Shown here one piece after another: positions 19,701 to 28,744 of a stretch of DNA of 64,000 bases. The stretch's first letter is position 1. Every line of letters starts with the position of its first letter. The stretch comes from a virus. The notes beneath the pieces are model-generated. The model searched no databases. It had not been told where the DNA came from and saw only the letters and a program-made list of their open reading frames with translations. Location: positions 24,618-88,617 of IMG/VR virus record IMGVR_UViG_3300035157_001159. One strand, written 5' to 3'. The position numbers and the translations under genes are program-made.

Positions 19701-20698
19701 CTCATACTGGAGGAACTAAAGCTTTAGTTCATTATCCAGTTGGATCTGGGCAAGCTACATTCTTGACTCCTGCTGCTTCTGGTGATACTACTATTAACGT
19801 TAATACAATTTCTGGATTTAACCCTGGAGAGTATGTATTGAGTCCATCGAAAGAGTTGATGAAGATTGTAAGTCTCAACTCAGCAACTCAGATGACTGTA
19901 ACAAGAGCACAAGATGGTGCTGCTGCTGCTTCAGCATATAATATTGGAGAACAATTAGTTTCTATTGGTGCTACTAGTTTGTTGACTAATAGTGTTGAGC
20001 TTTGGAAGGATTGTACTTCTACTGATACTGATATCAGAGTTGTAACTCCTACTCCATTCACTAAGAATGATTTCTATAAGATTGATAATGAGTTTGTTAA
20101 AGTAGTTGGACTATCAACAGATGCTACTGGTATTACTGTGTTAACTCTTGTTGAAGAGAAAGCTGCTAAATGTTTTGATGAACAGAACATTAAGATTCGT
20201 TATCTCTATAGTCAAGCAAGACTAACAGGACATGACTTCTTACAAGTCGGTACAGGTGGAACAGTTACAACTAACTGGCCTGATGTACCTACGGTAGACC
20301 CAATTCAGTCACAAGAAATTACTGAAGGGTTCCCTGGACGTGTATTCTATGTTTCAACTGACCAAGATGGTAACTTCCGTGTTGGTAAGTACTTCCGTGT
20401 TAACCAGGCAACTGGTTCCGCAACATTGAATGCTAGTGCGTTCGATCTATCTGGTCTAACTTCACTACAATTGGGTTCAATTGGTGCTCAGTTAGGTGCT
20501 CAAATTAATGAGTTCTCAACTGATGGCACAATGTCACAGAACAGTCCTAATAAGTGTCCTACACAATCAGCAGTTAGAACTTATGTTGGTATACAGACTG
20601 TTGGTACATTACAGGACGCAGTAAGTCGTGCTGATGCTGGAATCAAAACATCATTTGAATCCGTTAGTGCACCTGCTTTCTTTACTGCAACTAGTTAA
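16721..20698 (+). CDS. Large tail fibre/structural protein with CBM5/12-like repeats and a beta-helix-like region
   Basis: AGGAG SD; about 5 repeats of W....Y..(G/D)D.V..G..(T/Q)Y; YYVTEEGSDSNDG...TIYVKAGTYEE...SIVGDNLR motif shared with ORF 57270. Confidence 0.75.
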   Translation: MAEFRLGRLKFSWKGNWATSTAYVIDDIVKFGANTYVCTQNHTSTNSENLFYNDDSAKWSLHTESIASKGEWVSGAYYKINDIIKYGNSQYRVKVGFSTTTLDTTNTTQLEEYISSFNYEDSWDSATAYQVGDVVAYGGYTYVATSDHTNKPPAYNLANDWDILTTGFNVVGTWDTGTDYTQGNVVIYGGFTYVAISTSTNVAPSSSTAKWSLVSKGFEWKGNWDANTTYLPGEVVKRLSNSYVGIVTTNVNLNQDPSTDGPGNYWNVLIEGADTNVMTTSGDLVYYTTGATRLPTGTDGKVLTVNSSGLPNWETSNVTHPVYYVTEEGSDSNDGSNISRSFASLKHACGIATGPATIYVKAGTYEESLPIVVPTEVSIVGDNLRTSRIKPQAGDAHYQVVTLASVPQPTFTITNANYNTANGNLLLTIGTHTLNVNDKVKLAEESIVFSCNFNGATGSAAQKAYPRATGANTPSGADYAYDKALTVIAVTSNTITINVNKEPGQAISISNTHQFVSATGSGLSKAAPYISYGTTISNGAGTKTASILEASYDEKTVHIRPMTGGLWTTSDTWENLGNDIAITNVEQRSNAESVMFFMSDKTMLKDLLMEGMTGFVKAGQVLQNTAQIADTIVTGTGFFPDLVGTTVTGTGVAEGTKVINFISATQLEVDKNQTVSSTTLTFTASPEDLNNATIKGVFVQMNPETPITKSPYISNCSCQSVGGVGAIVDGNVHRQFADDGNTPSNKSIVMDSFTQIHDDGVGFWITNNAAAELVSSFTYYCHVSYCATRGGRIRSLAGNSSWGNYAIVSSGFNQQEKHRAGQIEGLMLEFEKDSKVIGGDGSAVNDFQVGERIRGNTSESIGYINSIQGGDKTLIYYSLITAGPAGVGTGFVQNETITGLTNGTTATLHPTGSTANRGQSGFTIVASGLSTSPTLTANGSIEFVTGSGNGGFNNSTITGADPFTFVIDGVSQTGADGRGSLTVDRAQWSTSGAAHTGGTKALVHYPVGSGQATFLTPAASGDTTINVNTISGFNPGEYVLSPSKELMKIVSLNSATQMTVTRAQDGAAAASAYNIGEQLVSIGATSLLTNSVELWKDCTSTDTDIRVVTPTPFTKNDFYKIDNEFVKVVGLSTDATGITVLTLVEEKAAKCFDEQNIKIRYLYSQARLTGHDFLQVGTGGTVTTNWPDVPTVDPIQSQEITEGFPGRVFYVSTDQDGNFRVGKYFRVNQATGSATLNASAFDLSGLTSLQLGSIGAQLGAQINEFSTDGTMSQNSPNKCPTQSAVRTYVGIQTVGTLQDAVSRADAGIKTSFESVSAPAFFTATS

Positions 20699-20710
20699 TG
20701 ATAACTTCTT

Positions 20711-20718
20711 TATAAATA
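20711..20718 (+). promoter_or_regulatory. T4-type late promoter TATAAATA
   Basis: Exact consensus, intergenic. Confidence 0.8.
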
Positions 20719-20742
20719 CAAGAAAAGGAACATCTTTTAAAA

Positions 20743-21063
20743 ATGGCATCTGGAATTTTGGGGCAAGCTGCTCCTTCTGCTAGTACTAATACTTCTGTTT
20801 ACACAGTTCCTGCGTCAACTCTTTCTGTTGTTAATATAAACGTTCTTAATCGTTCAACATCTAATCCTGTTGATGTAAGAATTGCTCTAGCGACAGGTAA
20901 TACTCCAGCAAACTCGGAGTATATTGAGTATGATGTTACGGTTCCTGCGAAAGGAGTTGTTGAAAGAACAGGTATAGCATTAAATGCTGGTAAGATAGTT
21001 GTAGTATATTGCTCAACTGGCGACACTAGTGTCAGTGTTTATGGTTTAGAACAAGCTGCTTAG
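20743..21063 (+). CDS. Small beta-rich virion protein
   Basis: Late promoter; YTVP...N..VRIA...EYIEYD...ERTGI.L domain also present in ORFs 31430 and 60690. Confidence 0.75.
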   Translation: MASGILGQAAPSASTNTSVYTVPASTLSVVNINVLNRSTSNPVDVRIALATGNTPANSEYIEYDVTVPAKGVVERTGIALNAGKIVVVYCSTGDTSVSVYGLEQAA

Positions 21064-21072
21064 AGGAATAAC

Positions 21073-21363
21073 ATGGGTAGATACATTGGTTTAATTATCA
21101 ATAAAGGAAAGGGTGGAGGAGGACTAGGTCCTACTGAACCTTTTACTAGATCATCAGGTATTACTACAGATAGTAATAATAATGTTACTGCTGTAACCTT
21201 AGGTGATGTAGCTTATTCTGATATAAAGTATGATGCTAATGCGTCTACGGTTGGTTTAATCACTGGATTCACTGAAAATATTGGAGGTGTATCCAAAAAG
21301 TGGAGGCTTACATATGAAGCTGGCACTAATTTGGTAACTGTTGTTGAGGAGGATCCAAACTAA
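21073..21363 (+). CDS. Hypothetical phage protein
   Basis: GAGG SD; 96-aa ORF within the operon. Confidence 0.7.
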   Translation: MGRYIGLIINKGKGGGGLGPTEPFTRSSGITTDSNNNVTAVTLGDVAYSDIKYDANASTVGLITGFTENIGGVSKKWRLTYEAGTNLVTVVEEDPN

Positions 21364-22466
21364 TGGCAATTGATGTTTTAACCTATAATGCTTTACAAGA
21401 AGTAAATCAAGAACTTAGAAAAGAACTTGCTGATCTAACCCAACAAGTCACCGATGCTGGTGGCGGTGGTGGCGGTGGTGCTGGTGTACCACTTCAAACA
21501 CAGTGTGATGTAGTAAGAAAGGTTGCTGAAGCAGGATACATGCTTAACGCCAACCAGTGGTGCTTGATACCTACTACTATGGGTGCATGTCCATTATGTC
21601 CTGATGGTGGTACAGCATTTACTAATGGATTTGCTGTTTGTGATACTACAGGATATTATCGTTGTGGTGCTAGCTGTACTTGGACTGTTCCATCTGGTGT
21701 GACTTGTGCTCGTTTCCAAATCTGGGGTGCTGGTGGAGGTAGTAATGAGTCTAGGTGTTGTGGATTCGCCCCTTCAGGATCTTCAGGTGCTTATGCTTCT
21801 GTTATTATTCCAGTTTCTGCTGGTAGTCAATATACATTATGTGCTGGTTGTGCTTATTGTTGCTATGCTTATGGGGATGGATATAACCAAGCAAGAGGGG
21901 ATACATCTTATGTTCAGGGAACTAACTTAAATAACTTCTGTGCTCTAGGTGGTTGGTCTGGATGTATGTTTAAAGAGATTGAGGATAGAGCAGATCAGTA
22001 TGGAGTTAAGATAGGACAGTTCTGTTATTGTAGATATCTTGGTGGATGTATTTGTAGAAGTGGTGCTTGGGTATGTGCTGAGTATGAAACACAAGGACAA
22101 GGATATCCAGAAGGACATTGCTCAGGAGCTCATCCAGCTTGGGTTTCTCGTTGTGTATGTTTCTATGGAACTTCTACTGGTGGTAGTGGTGTATATGGAC
22201 ACAGAGGAATGTGGTCATATATAAGTGTTGATAATTACATGCCAGCGTTGGGATGGATTTCTACAATGTATGGTTATCCACAATACTGCTGTGGTAGAGG
22301 TGGATGTTGGGTATGTAATAACTGTGGTGGATTCTGCCAGAGTGCTTGGCAAACTGGTGTTAGACCGATGCCTGGTGCTGGTGGGTGGATGACATCTTCC
22401 TGTGGTGGTAACTGTACTTGTGGTGACGCAGGTAGAATGGGCATGGTTTGTGTTTGTTATAATTAA
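21363..22466 (+). CDS. Cys-rich Gly-rich-module protein (paralogue 1)
   Basis: N-terminal coiled-coil-like segment; CTWTVPSGVTCARFQIWGAGGG; about 35 Cys by hand count. Confidence 0.75.
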   Translation: MAIDVLTYNALQEVNQELRKELADLTQQVTDAGGGGGGGAGVPLQTQCDVVRKVAEAGYMLNANQWCLIPTTMGACPLCPDGGTAFTNGFAVCDTTGYYRCGASCTWTVPSGVTCARFQIWGAGGGSNESRCCGFAPSGSSGAYASVIIPVSAGSQYTLCAGCAYCCYAYGDGYNQARGDTSYVQGTNLNNFCALGGWSGCMFKEIEDRADQYGVKIGQFCYCRYLGGCICRSGAWVCAEYETQGQGYPEGHCSGAHPAWVSRCVCFYGTSTGGSGVYGHRGMWSYISVDNYMPALGWISTMYGYPQYCCGRGGCWVCNNCGGFCQSAWQTGVRPMPGAGGWMTSSCGGNCTCGDAGRMGMVCVCYN

Positions 22467-22477
22467 TTTGTACACCT

Positions 22478-22485
22478 TATAAATA
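22478..22485 (+). promoter_or_regulatory. T4-type late promoter TATAAATA
   Basis: Exact consensus, intergenic. Confidence 0.8.
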
Positions 22486-22506
22486 AGTAAAAGTAGACTG
22501 ATAGCA

Positions 22507-23220
22507 ATGGCAAAAATTACACAATCATTTACTTACGCTCTGCCAGAGGAAAATTATGTCGCTGGTATTTCGACTACTAAGACTGGAACCTATACTTACA
22601 TAGGACCAGATGAGTTTGATGTGGAGATAGATGGTGAAGGTTATATCATTAATTTTGATTTGTTGGAGTATCCTGATCCCGAAAGAAGGAAAACTATCAA
22701 GGCTACTGAAGCTTCTCAGTTACCTATAGCATATCTTGCTAGACATCATTATGATGAAGAAGGTTTTGTTTGGACAGAAAATTATGTTCAAGAAACTATG
22801 GATAATGGTGATATATACAATAGGTTGGATAATCCAGACTTAGAAGATGTATATATGACCCCAAGATGGGATGAATCACAAGGTAAGTGGATTGTAGAAC
22901 AGATATTGAAAGAACAACGTAATAATGCACAGGCAGAGGCGAAGAGAAGAAAGTCTTATGTAGAGACTTATTATTCACAATATGATTTTGGAACCGATGT
23001 TAATGCTAAGATAGATGCTTATCTTGTAGGAATTACATCCTTTATAGCTGCTAATCCACCATATAAGACTTGGAAGTATACTACTCAACCAACTCCTCCA
23101 GATATTCCAAAGATAGATGCTGATATTATGAAGGCATTCAGTGGATTACCATTACCACATAGTTATGCTTTAGGTGGTGGACCTGTTTTGACATTTCCTG
23201 GCGAAACTGCGGAGGGTTAA
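22507..23220 (+). CDS. Hypothetical late protein (possible fibre assembly factor)
   Basis: 237-aa acidic ORF between the two Cys-rich paralogues. Confidence 0.65.
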   Translation: MAKITQSFTYALPEENYVAGISTTKTGTYTYIGPDEFDVEIDGEGYIINFDLLEYPDPERRKTIKATEASQLPIAYLARHHYDEEGFVWTENYVQETMDNGDIYNRLDNPDLEDVYMTPRWDESQGKWIVEQILKEQRNNAQAEAKRRKSYVETYYSQYDFGTDVNAKIDAYLVGITSFIAANPPYKTWKYTTQPTPPDIPKIDADIMKAFSGLPLPHSYALGGGPVLTFPGETAEG

Positions 23221-23226
23221 TTACAC

Positions 23227-24363
23227 ATGGATGTATTAGTTTATAGTGCTCTTAATGAGCAGTCATCTCTTAAGAAGCAGATTGCTGCCAAGCAAAAAGA
23301 ATTATTTGATTTGAAGGCAGATGCTGGTGGTGGTGGTGCTGGTACTTATGAAGAAGCACCTGTTGAAGCATGGACTGCTGCTTGTAAGTGGTTATGTATG
23401 GATGGTTCTGGATGTAACTTAGAACGTTATCTGAACTGTTGCCCAGCTGATACCACCAAGTGGACTTGTATCTATGAAGGTGCAGATTGGACTGGTAATA
23501 CGAAGGTTTGTAACACTACTGAGAGTGGTAATTGTGGTAAAAACTGTACTTGGGTTGTTCCTTCTGGTGTAACTAGAGCTAGATTTCAATTGTGGGGTTC
23601 TGGTGGTGGAGCAAACCATGCATCTAGATGTTGTGGATGGACACACTTTGGATCTACTGGTGCTTATCTTTCAGTTATTATTCCAGTAACTGCTGGACAT
23701 TCTTATACAGTTTGTGCTGGTTGTGCTTATTGTTGTTGGGGTGGTTCTCAATCTGGTTCTAATAGAATACCAGGATGTCCAACATATGTTACTGGATGTG
23801 GATTATGTTATGTTTGTGCTCAAGGTGGTGATGGATCACAGGGTGAGTATTGGGGAACTAGATTAGGTGGAGAGAATCCTTGCTATCAACCATGTCATAA
23901 TGGTAGTTACAGAGAAGTTCGTGTTTGTCAGTATGGTGCATCAATATGTAAAAATAGTGGTGGATATAGTGGAAACTTCCCTGCAATGGCTGGTTCAATC
24001 TATGCTGGTACGTTAAATATAGATCCAGCAGCAGCAGATTTGGATGGATCGGGTACTCCTACACACACAAAACTAACTCCAGAGAACTTAATTTATGGTA
24101 TCCGTGGAATATGGGGTGGTTGGTGTCACCATACAAATAATTATGGTTGTAACTGCCATGCTCCAATATATGGATTTGAGAATACTTCACAATGTGTACA
24201 GGGATGGTCATCAAACTCATGTTGTGGTGGTGGATGGAGATATACTAGTGGATATCTACAAGTTCCTGGTGCTGGTGGATGGACTTCAAGTTCTTCTAGT
24301 GGTTGTCAGAACCATTGTGGAGACATGGGTAGATTTGGAATGGTTTGTATTCAGTGGAAGTAA
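23227..24363 (+). CDS. Cys-rich Gly-rich-module protein (paralogue 2)
   Basis: CTWVVPSGVTRARFQLWGSGGG, CAGCAYCC, GDMGRFGMVC shared with ORF 21363; about 32 Cys. Confidence 0.75.
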   Translation: MDVLVYSALNEQSSLKKQIAAKQKELFDLKADAGGGGAGTYEEAPVEAWTAACKWLCMDGSGCNLERYLNCCPADTTKWTCIYEGADWTGNTKVCNTTESGNCGKNCTWVVPSGVTRARFQLWGSGGGANHASRCCGWTHFGSTGAYLSVIIPVTAGHSYTVCAGCAYCCWGGSQSGSNRIPGCPTYVTGCGLCYVCAQGGDGSQGEYWGTRLGGENPCYQPCHNGSYREVRVCQYGASICKNSGGYSGNFPAMAGSIYAGTLNIDPAAADLDGSGTPTHTKLTPENLIYGIRGIWGGWCHHTNNYGCNCHAPIYGFENTSQCVQGWSSNSCCGGGWRYTSGYLQVPGAGGWTSSSSSGCQNHCGDMGRFGMVCIQWK

Positions 24364-24385
24364 ACCAAAATCAACTTTTAATTTC

Positions 24386-24420
24386 AAAAATGGCGGAAAA
24401 AAAACTCCGCCATTTTTTTT
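24386..24420. terminator. Rho-independent (potentially bidirectional) terminator
   Basis: AAAAATGGCGGA-loop-TCCGCCATTTTTTTT immediately after the late operon. Confidence 0.8.
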
Positions 24421-24471
24421 GTCTGTAGGGTCGATAGGTAGTAATATCATTACATAACATTCTTTTCTTTG

Positions 24472-24500
24472 TTGACTATATATTAAAACAATGCTACAAT
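24472..24500 (+). promoter_or_regulatory. Sigma70-like early promoter
   Basis: TTGACT-N17-TACAAT with extended -10 TG. Confidence 0.8.
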
Positions 24501-24524
24501 ATTAAACATTGAGGTTTGAGTTGA

Positions 24525-25793
24525 ATGAAAAAAGCTTTCTTTATTAATGGTGGTAGTGGACGTGTACTTTGTTCCATGCCAGCATTAGAAAAATACGCTG
24601 AGAAAGATGACGATTTTATAATCGTTGCTGAATCTTGGGGTGAACTATACTTTTTAAATGAGAAATTAAGAGATAAGGTATATCAAATGGTTCATAAAGG
24701 ACTATTTGAAACTATGTTGACTGATCGAAAGATAATATCACCAGAACCATATAGAGTTAATCAATACTTTAATCAAAAATGTAATCTCATTCAAGCATTT
24801 GATATTGAAATCAATGATCTTGATGATGTTAGAGATCCTGGTCCTATTAACCTATCTCTTAGTAAAGAAGAGCAGATAACTGGACATAATGTAGTAGCAG
24901 AAGTTAAGCAAACTTTAGGTAAAGATAAAACAGTAGTTTTTCAACCATTTGGTCAGGGAAGTAAGAAGGAAGGAAACTTCATTTTTGATCCTACTGGCAG
25001 AAGTTTTGAAGTTTCAAATGTTATTCAAGTAATAGAAGAGTTAAGAAAAAATTATTCTGTTATTTTAATGACTGAGATAGAAATTCCAGGATGGGAAGGA
25101 CTTGGTGTTGCTTGTCCTACTGGAATGGATCTTAATAAATGGGCAGGAGTAATTAATGCTGCTGATTATTTTGTAGGTTGTGATAGTGTGGGACAACATT
25201 TTGCTCATGCTATGGGTAAACCTGCTACTGTTGTGGTAGGGTCAACTTATCCTGAAAACATTTCATATCCAGAAAGTAAGAAATTTACTATTATTGATAA
25301 TGCTGAAGGGAAGAGAAGATATAGTCCTATAAGATTGACATATGATTTATTTACTGAAAGGAATAATGAAGCTTTAATGTGTTTTGATAGTAGTGTTGTT
25401 AAAAAGATTGCAAAATCAATCAAAGATAAGATAGGTGTAAGCACTACAAATAATAAAACAATGGGACTAACTTCTCCCCCAAGAAATACTTTAAATCAAA
25501 GTAAAGCATATGCTACACCTAAACCAGGAGCAGGAGGAGGATTTAAATCTAATATTAAAGAACTTAAACCTAGTACTAAAGAACCAGTAAAATTTAAATC
25601 AAAATCAAAATTAACATCATCTAAGACAGAAGTATTAGAACCTTCTAAAACTACTCCTTTAGCAATGAAACCGTTATCTTCTGGTAGTAGTAAGGGTGTT
25701 AAATATAATGGCTTCCAACAACCATTAAAGCCATCTTCAAAGAAGAAACCAATTGATCAATTGTTGGAACTTGAAGTTAATTCTAAATCGTAG
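24525..25793 (+). CDS. GT9-like (heptosyltransferase-family) glycosyltransferase with a Lys/Ser/Pro-rich C-terminal tail
   Basis: ADYFVGCDSVGQHFAHAMGKPATVVVGST matches the GT9 DSG.MH.A.A...P.V..FG.T motif. Confidence 0.65.
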   Translation: MKKAFFINGGSGRVLCSMPALEKYAEKDDDFIIVAESWGELYFLNEKLRDKVYQMVHKGLFETMLTDRKIISPEPYRVNQYFNQKCNLIQAFDIEINDLDDVRDPGPINLSLSKEEQITGHNVVAEVKQTLGKDKTVVFQPFGQGSKKEGNFIFDPTGRSFEVSNVIQVIEELRKNYSVILMTEIEIPGWEGLGVACPTGMDLNKWAGVINAADYFVGCDSVGQHFAHAMGKPATVVVGSTYPENISYPESKKFTIIDNAEGKRRYSPIRLTYDLFTERNNEALMCFDSSVVKKIAKSIKDKIGVSTTNNKTMGLTSPPRNTLNQSKAYATPKPGAGGGFKSNIKELKPSTKEPVKFKSKSKLTSSKTEVLEPSKTTPLAMKPLSSGSSKGVKYNGFQQPLKPSSKKKPIDQLLELEVNSKS

Positions 25794-25799
25794 GGTATT

Positions 25800-27617
25800 A
25801 TGAGTATTATTCTTGGATGTTCTCGTGGTCATAATTCTAGTACCACATTGATGGTTGATGGTGAGATTGTATTTTATCTAGAAGAAGAACGTTTATCTAG
25901 ATTTAAAAGAGATGGAACACCATTATTGGGTTTATTAAAAGCCTTTGAATATGTAGATCATATAGATCATTTAGTCGTAACTCATACACATAGGCATGGT
26001 CCTAAGTGTGATTGGACTGGTGAGGATTTATATCAGGGTTGGATAAGGAAGCTTACAAAGCAGACTAAGATGGATGCTGGACCTAGAATTACTTTTATTG
26101 ATACGATACATCATGAGGTTCATGCTAGTTGTGCTTTTTTAAACTCTGGATTTAAATCTGCTGCTTGTTTAAGTGTTGATGGTGCAGGAAGTTTCTTGGG
26201 ATGTGAGTTGACTGATGATACTATCTTTGAATTTGAAACTATTTTTAAAGCAGCGTATGATCCTCATTTAAAATTTGATGTTGTTTATAAGCATCTTGGT
26301 ACTTCTGATGCTATTGGTGTTAAGAATGTTGGTGAAAATAAGGAATTATTCATTACAGAATATCCAGGTCTTACAAAAGCATATGAAGCGATAACTGAAT
26401 ATTGTGGATTTGATGCTATTGATGCTGGAAAAACTATGGGTCTATCTCCATATGGAAAGGAGAATCCTGATCTTCCAGAATTGTTTAGAGATGGTTGGGT
26501 CAATAGAGAATTTTTTGTTCCAAATTATCCCAATAATTCTCATATTAATATTCAAAGATATCCTATCTTAAGTAAGGATGCTGAAGATATTATTGCATTA
26601 CATGAAAAAGATAAAACAAAACCACCAGTAAAAAGAGAAAAATATGGATTGAGTTCACCATATACTAATGATAAGACTTCTAGATTTTTTAGAGGTGGGT
26701 GTAAGGAATATACACAAGTACAAAAAGATTTAGCATATAAGATTCAGAAAGAAACTGAAAATGCTATGATAAAGTTAATTCAAAAGGCTCATGATTTAAC
26801 TGGTGAAAAGAATATAGTTATTTCTGGTGGTTATGGATTGAATTGTGTATCTAATTATCAGTATTTAAAACATTTTCCAGATTTAAATATCTATGTTGAA
26901 CCAATATCACATGATGGTGGAACTTCTATAGGTGCTGTTAGAAAAGTTTGGGCACAAGAAGAAAAAATAACTAGTCCACCACCAAGAGTAACTTCAATTT
27001 ATTATGGTCCACAATATGATCCAGATACTTATTTGGATGAATATGATCACTTGGATGTTGTTGATACTTCTTATGATGATGTTGCTAAACTAATTCGTGA
27101 TGGTAGCATTGTTACAATCTTCCAAGGAAGGTCTGAAGGTGGACCTAGAGCACTTGGTAATAGATCTATTTTATTTGATCCTACTATTAAGAATGGTAAG
27201 GATCTTGTTAATGAGGTAAAACATAGAGAGTTCTTTAGACCTTTTGCTTGTTCTATTAAGAAGGAAAAAGTTAATGAATGGTTTGATCTTCAGGGTAGAG
27301 AAGATTCACCTCATATGATGTATGCTGTTGAATGTTTACCTGGTGTTCAAGAAAAGATTCCATCAGTCATTCATGTTGATGGTACATGTAGGATTCAAAC
27401 TCTCACTAAAGATGAGAACAAACATTATTACAATCTTATAGATTCTTTTGAAAAGTTAAGTGGTGTTCCAATACTTTTTAATACTTCTTTTAATCTTGGT
27501 GGAGAACCATTAGTAGAAACAATTCATGATGCTATTAATACTTTATATAAGAGTAAGATTGAATATATGTATCTTCCTGAGATACAAAAGTTAGTAAAGA
27601 TTCCTAATGCAGAATGA
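25800..27617 (+). CDS. Carbamoyltransferase (CmcH/NodU family)
   Basis: HNSS, EEERLSRFK, HHEVHA, DGAG, GKTMGLSPYG, GPRALGNRS, KHREFFRPFA, NTSFN. Confidence 0.93.
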   Translation: MSIILGCSRGHNSSTTLMVDGEIVFYLEEERLSRFKRDGTPLLGLLKAFEYVDHIDHLVVTHTHRHGPKCDWTGEDLYQGWIRKLTKQTKMDAGPRITFIDTIHHEVHASCAFLNSGFKSAACLSVDGAGSFLGCELTDDTIFEFETIFKAAYDPHLKFDVVYKHLGTSDAIGVKNVGENKELFITEYPGLTKAYEAITEYCGFDAIDAGKTMGLSPYGKENPDLPELFRDGWVNREFFVPNYPNNSHINIQRYPILSKDAEDIIALHEKDKTKPPVKREKYGLSSPYTNDKTSRFFRGGCKEYTQVQKDLAYKIQKETENAMIKLIQKAHDLTGEKNIVISGGYGLNCVSNYQYLKHFPDLNIYVEPISHDGGTSIGAVRKVWAQEEKITSPPPRVTSIYYGPQYDPDTYLDEYDHLDVVDTSYDDVAKLIRDGSIVTIFQGRSEGGPRALGNRSILFDPTIKNGKDLVNEVKHREFFRPFACSIKKEKVNEWFDLQGREDSPHMMYAVECLPGVQEKIPSVIHVDGTCRIQTLTKDENKHYYNLIDSFEKLSGVPILFNTSFNLGGEPLVETIHDAINTLYKSKIEYMYLPEIQKLVKIPNAE

Positions 27618-28023
27618 TATTGTTTGGTGTAATGGCACATTCGATATTCTTCATCCAGGACACCTAGAATTATTCAAGGTTGCTAGATCTTTAGGAGACA
27701 AAGTAATAGTTGCTACAGATACAGATGAAAAGATTCGTGCTGACAAAGGAGAGCATCGCCCTATAAATGATCTTCATTATAGGGTTGCTATGCTTGAGGC
27801 AATCAAGTATATTGATGTTGTTCACACATTTGGTAGTAGGAAAGAATTAGAAGATTTAATTGAACTATATCAACCCGATATATTATTACTTGGTGATGAT
27901 TGGAGGGATGGTGATGTAGTTGGTTGGGAAAATGCTGGTGAGGTAAGACATCTTCCTAGAGTTGGTGGATATGCCAGCAGTAATGTCATCAAAAAGATTA
28001 ATGAAAGTATTGTTACTGGGTGA
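27607..28023 (+). CDS. Heptose-1-phosphate nucleotidyltransferase (RfaE/HldE domain II-like)
   Basis: NGTFDILHPGH HxGH motif; KG..RPIN; adjacent to a PfkB kinase. Confidence 0.85.
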   Translation: MQNDIVWCNGTFDILHPGHLELFKVARSLGDKVIVATDTDEKIRADKGEHRPINDLHYRVAMLEAIKYIDVVHTFGSRKELEDLIELYQPDILLLGDDWRDGDVVGWENAGEVRHLPRVGGYASSNVIKKINESIVTG

Positions 28024-28744
28024 TAGTTGTGAGGATGAGTATATCTATGGTAGATGTACTAGGTTAAGTCCAGAAGCTCCTGTACCTGTCTTAGACTATG
28101 CTAAGATACAAACTAAACCTGGTATGGCAGCTAATGTATGCTTAAATCTTCAGTCATTTAATATGGAGATTACATTCTTAACTAATCCTGAGAAGATTGT
28201 AAAGACTAGATTTATTGATGAGAAATCAAATCAACATATTCTTAGAGTTGATAATGAAGAGAGAGTAAAACCTTTATTAGTTCCTGTAGCAACAAATAGT
28301 TTTGATGCTATTGTGATATCAGATTATAATAAAGGGTATCTATCTACAGAAAAGATATTTGAGATTGTGGAGAGTGCATCTTGTCCCGTGTTTATTGATA
28401 GTAAGAAGTCTATACTTCCTAACAAACCCAATTGCTTTATTAAGATAAATGATGTAGAATATGAGAAATTAGATGACTATAAGATAGACAATCTAATAGT
28501 AACAAAGGGATCTCAAGGATGTATTTACAATAATACATTATATCCAGCAGAGAAAGTCAATGTTTATGATGTTGTCGGTGCTGGAGATACTTTTCTTGCT
28601 GGTTTAGTATATGGTTATCTAACATATAATGATATAGAACAGGCATTAATGTTAGGTAATAGAGCAGCAGCAGTTGCTGTTCAGCAATTAGGAACTTACG
28701 TTTTACAACAGGAGGACATTCATGAGATACTGTATAGATATTGA
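28001..28744 (+). CDS. Heptose-7-phosphate kinase (RfaE/HldE domain I-like, PfkB family)
   Basis: RLSPEAPVPV, GMAANV, SDYNKG, DVVGAGDTF; start reassigned to the ATG at 28001. Confidence 0.88.
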   Translation: MKVLLLGDSCEDEYIYGRCTRLSPEAPVPVLDYAKIQTKPGMAANVCLNLQSFNMEITFLTNPEKIVKTRFIDEKSNQHILRVDNEERVKPLLVPVATNSFDAIVISDYNKGYLSTEKIFEIVESASCPVFIDSKKSILPNKPNCFIKINDVEYEKLDDYKIDNLIVTKGSQGCIYNNTLYPAEKVNVYDVVGAGDTFLAGLVYGYLTYNDIEQALMLGNRAAAVAVQQLGTYVLQQEDIHEILYRY

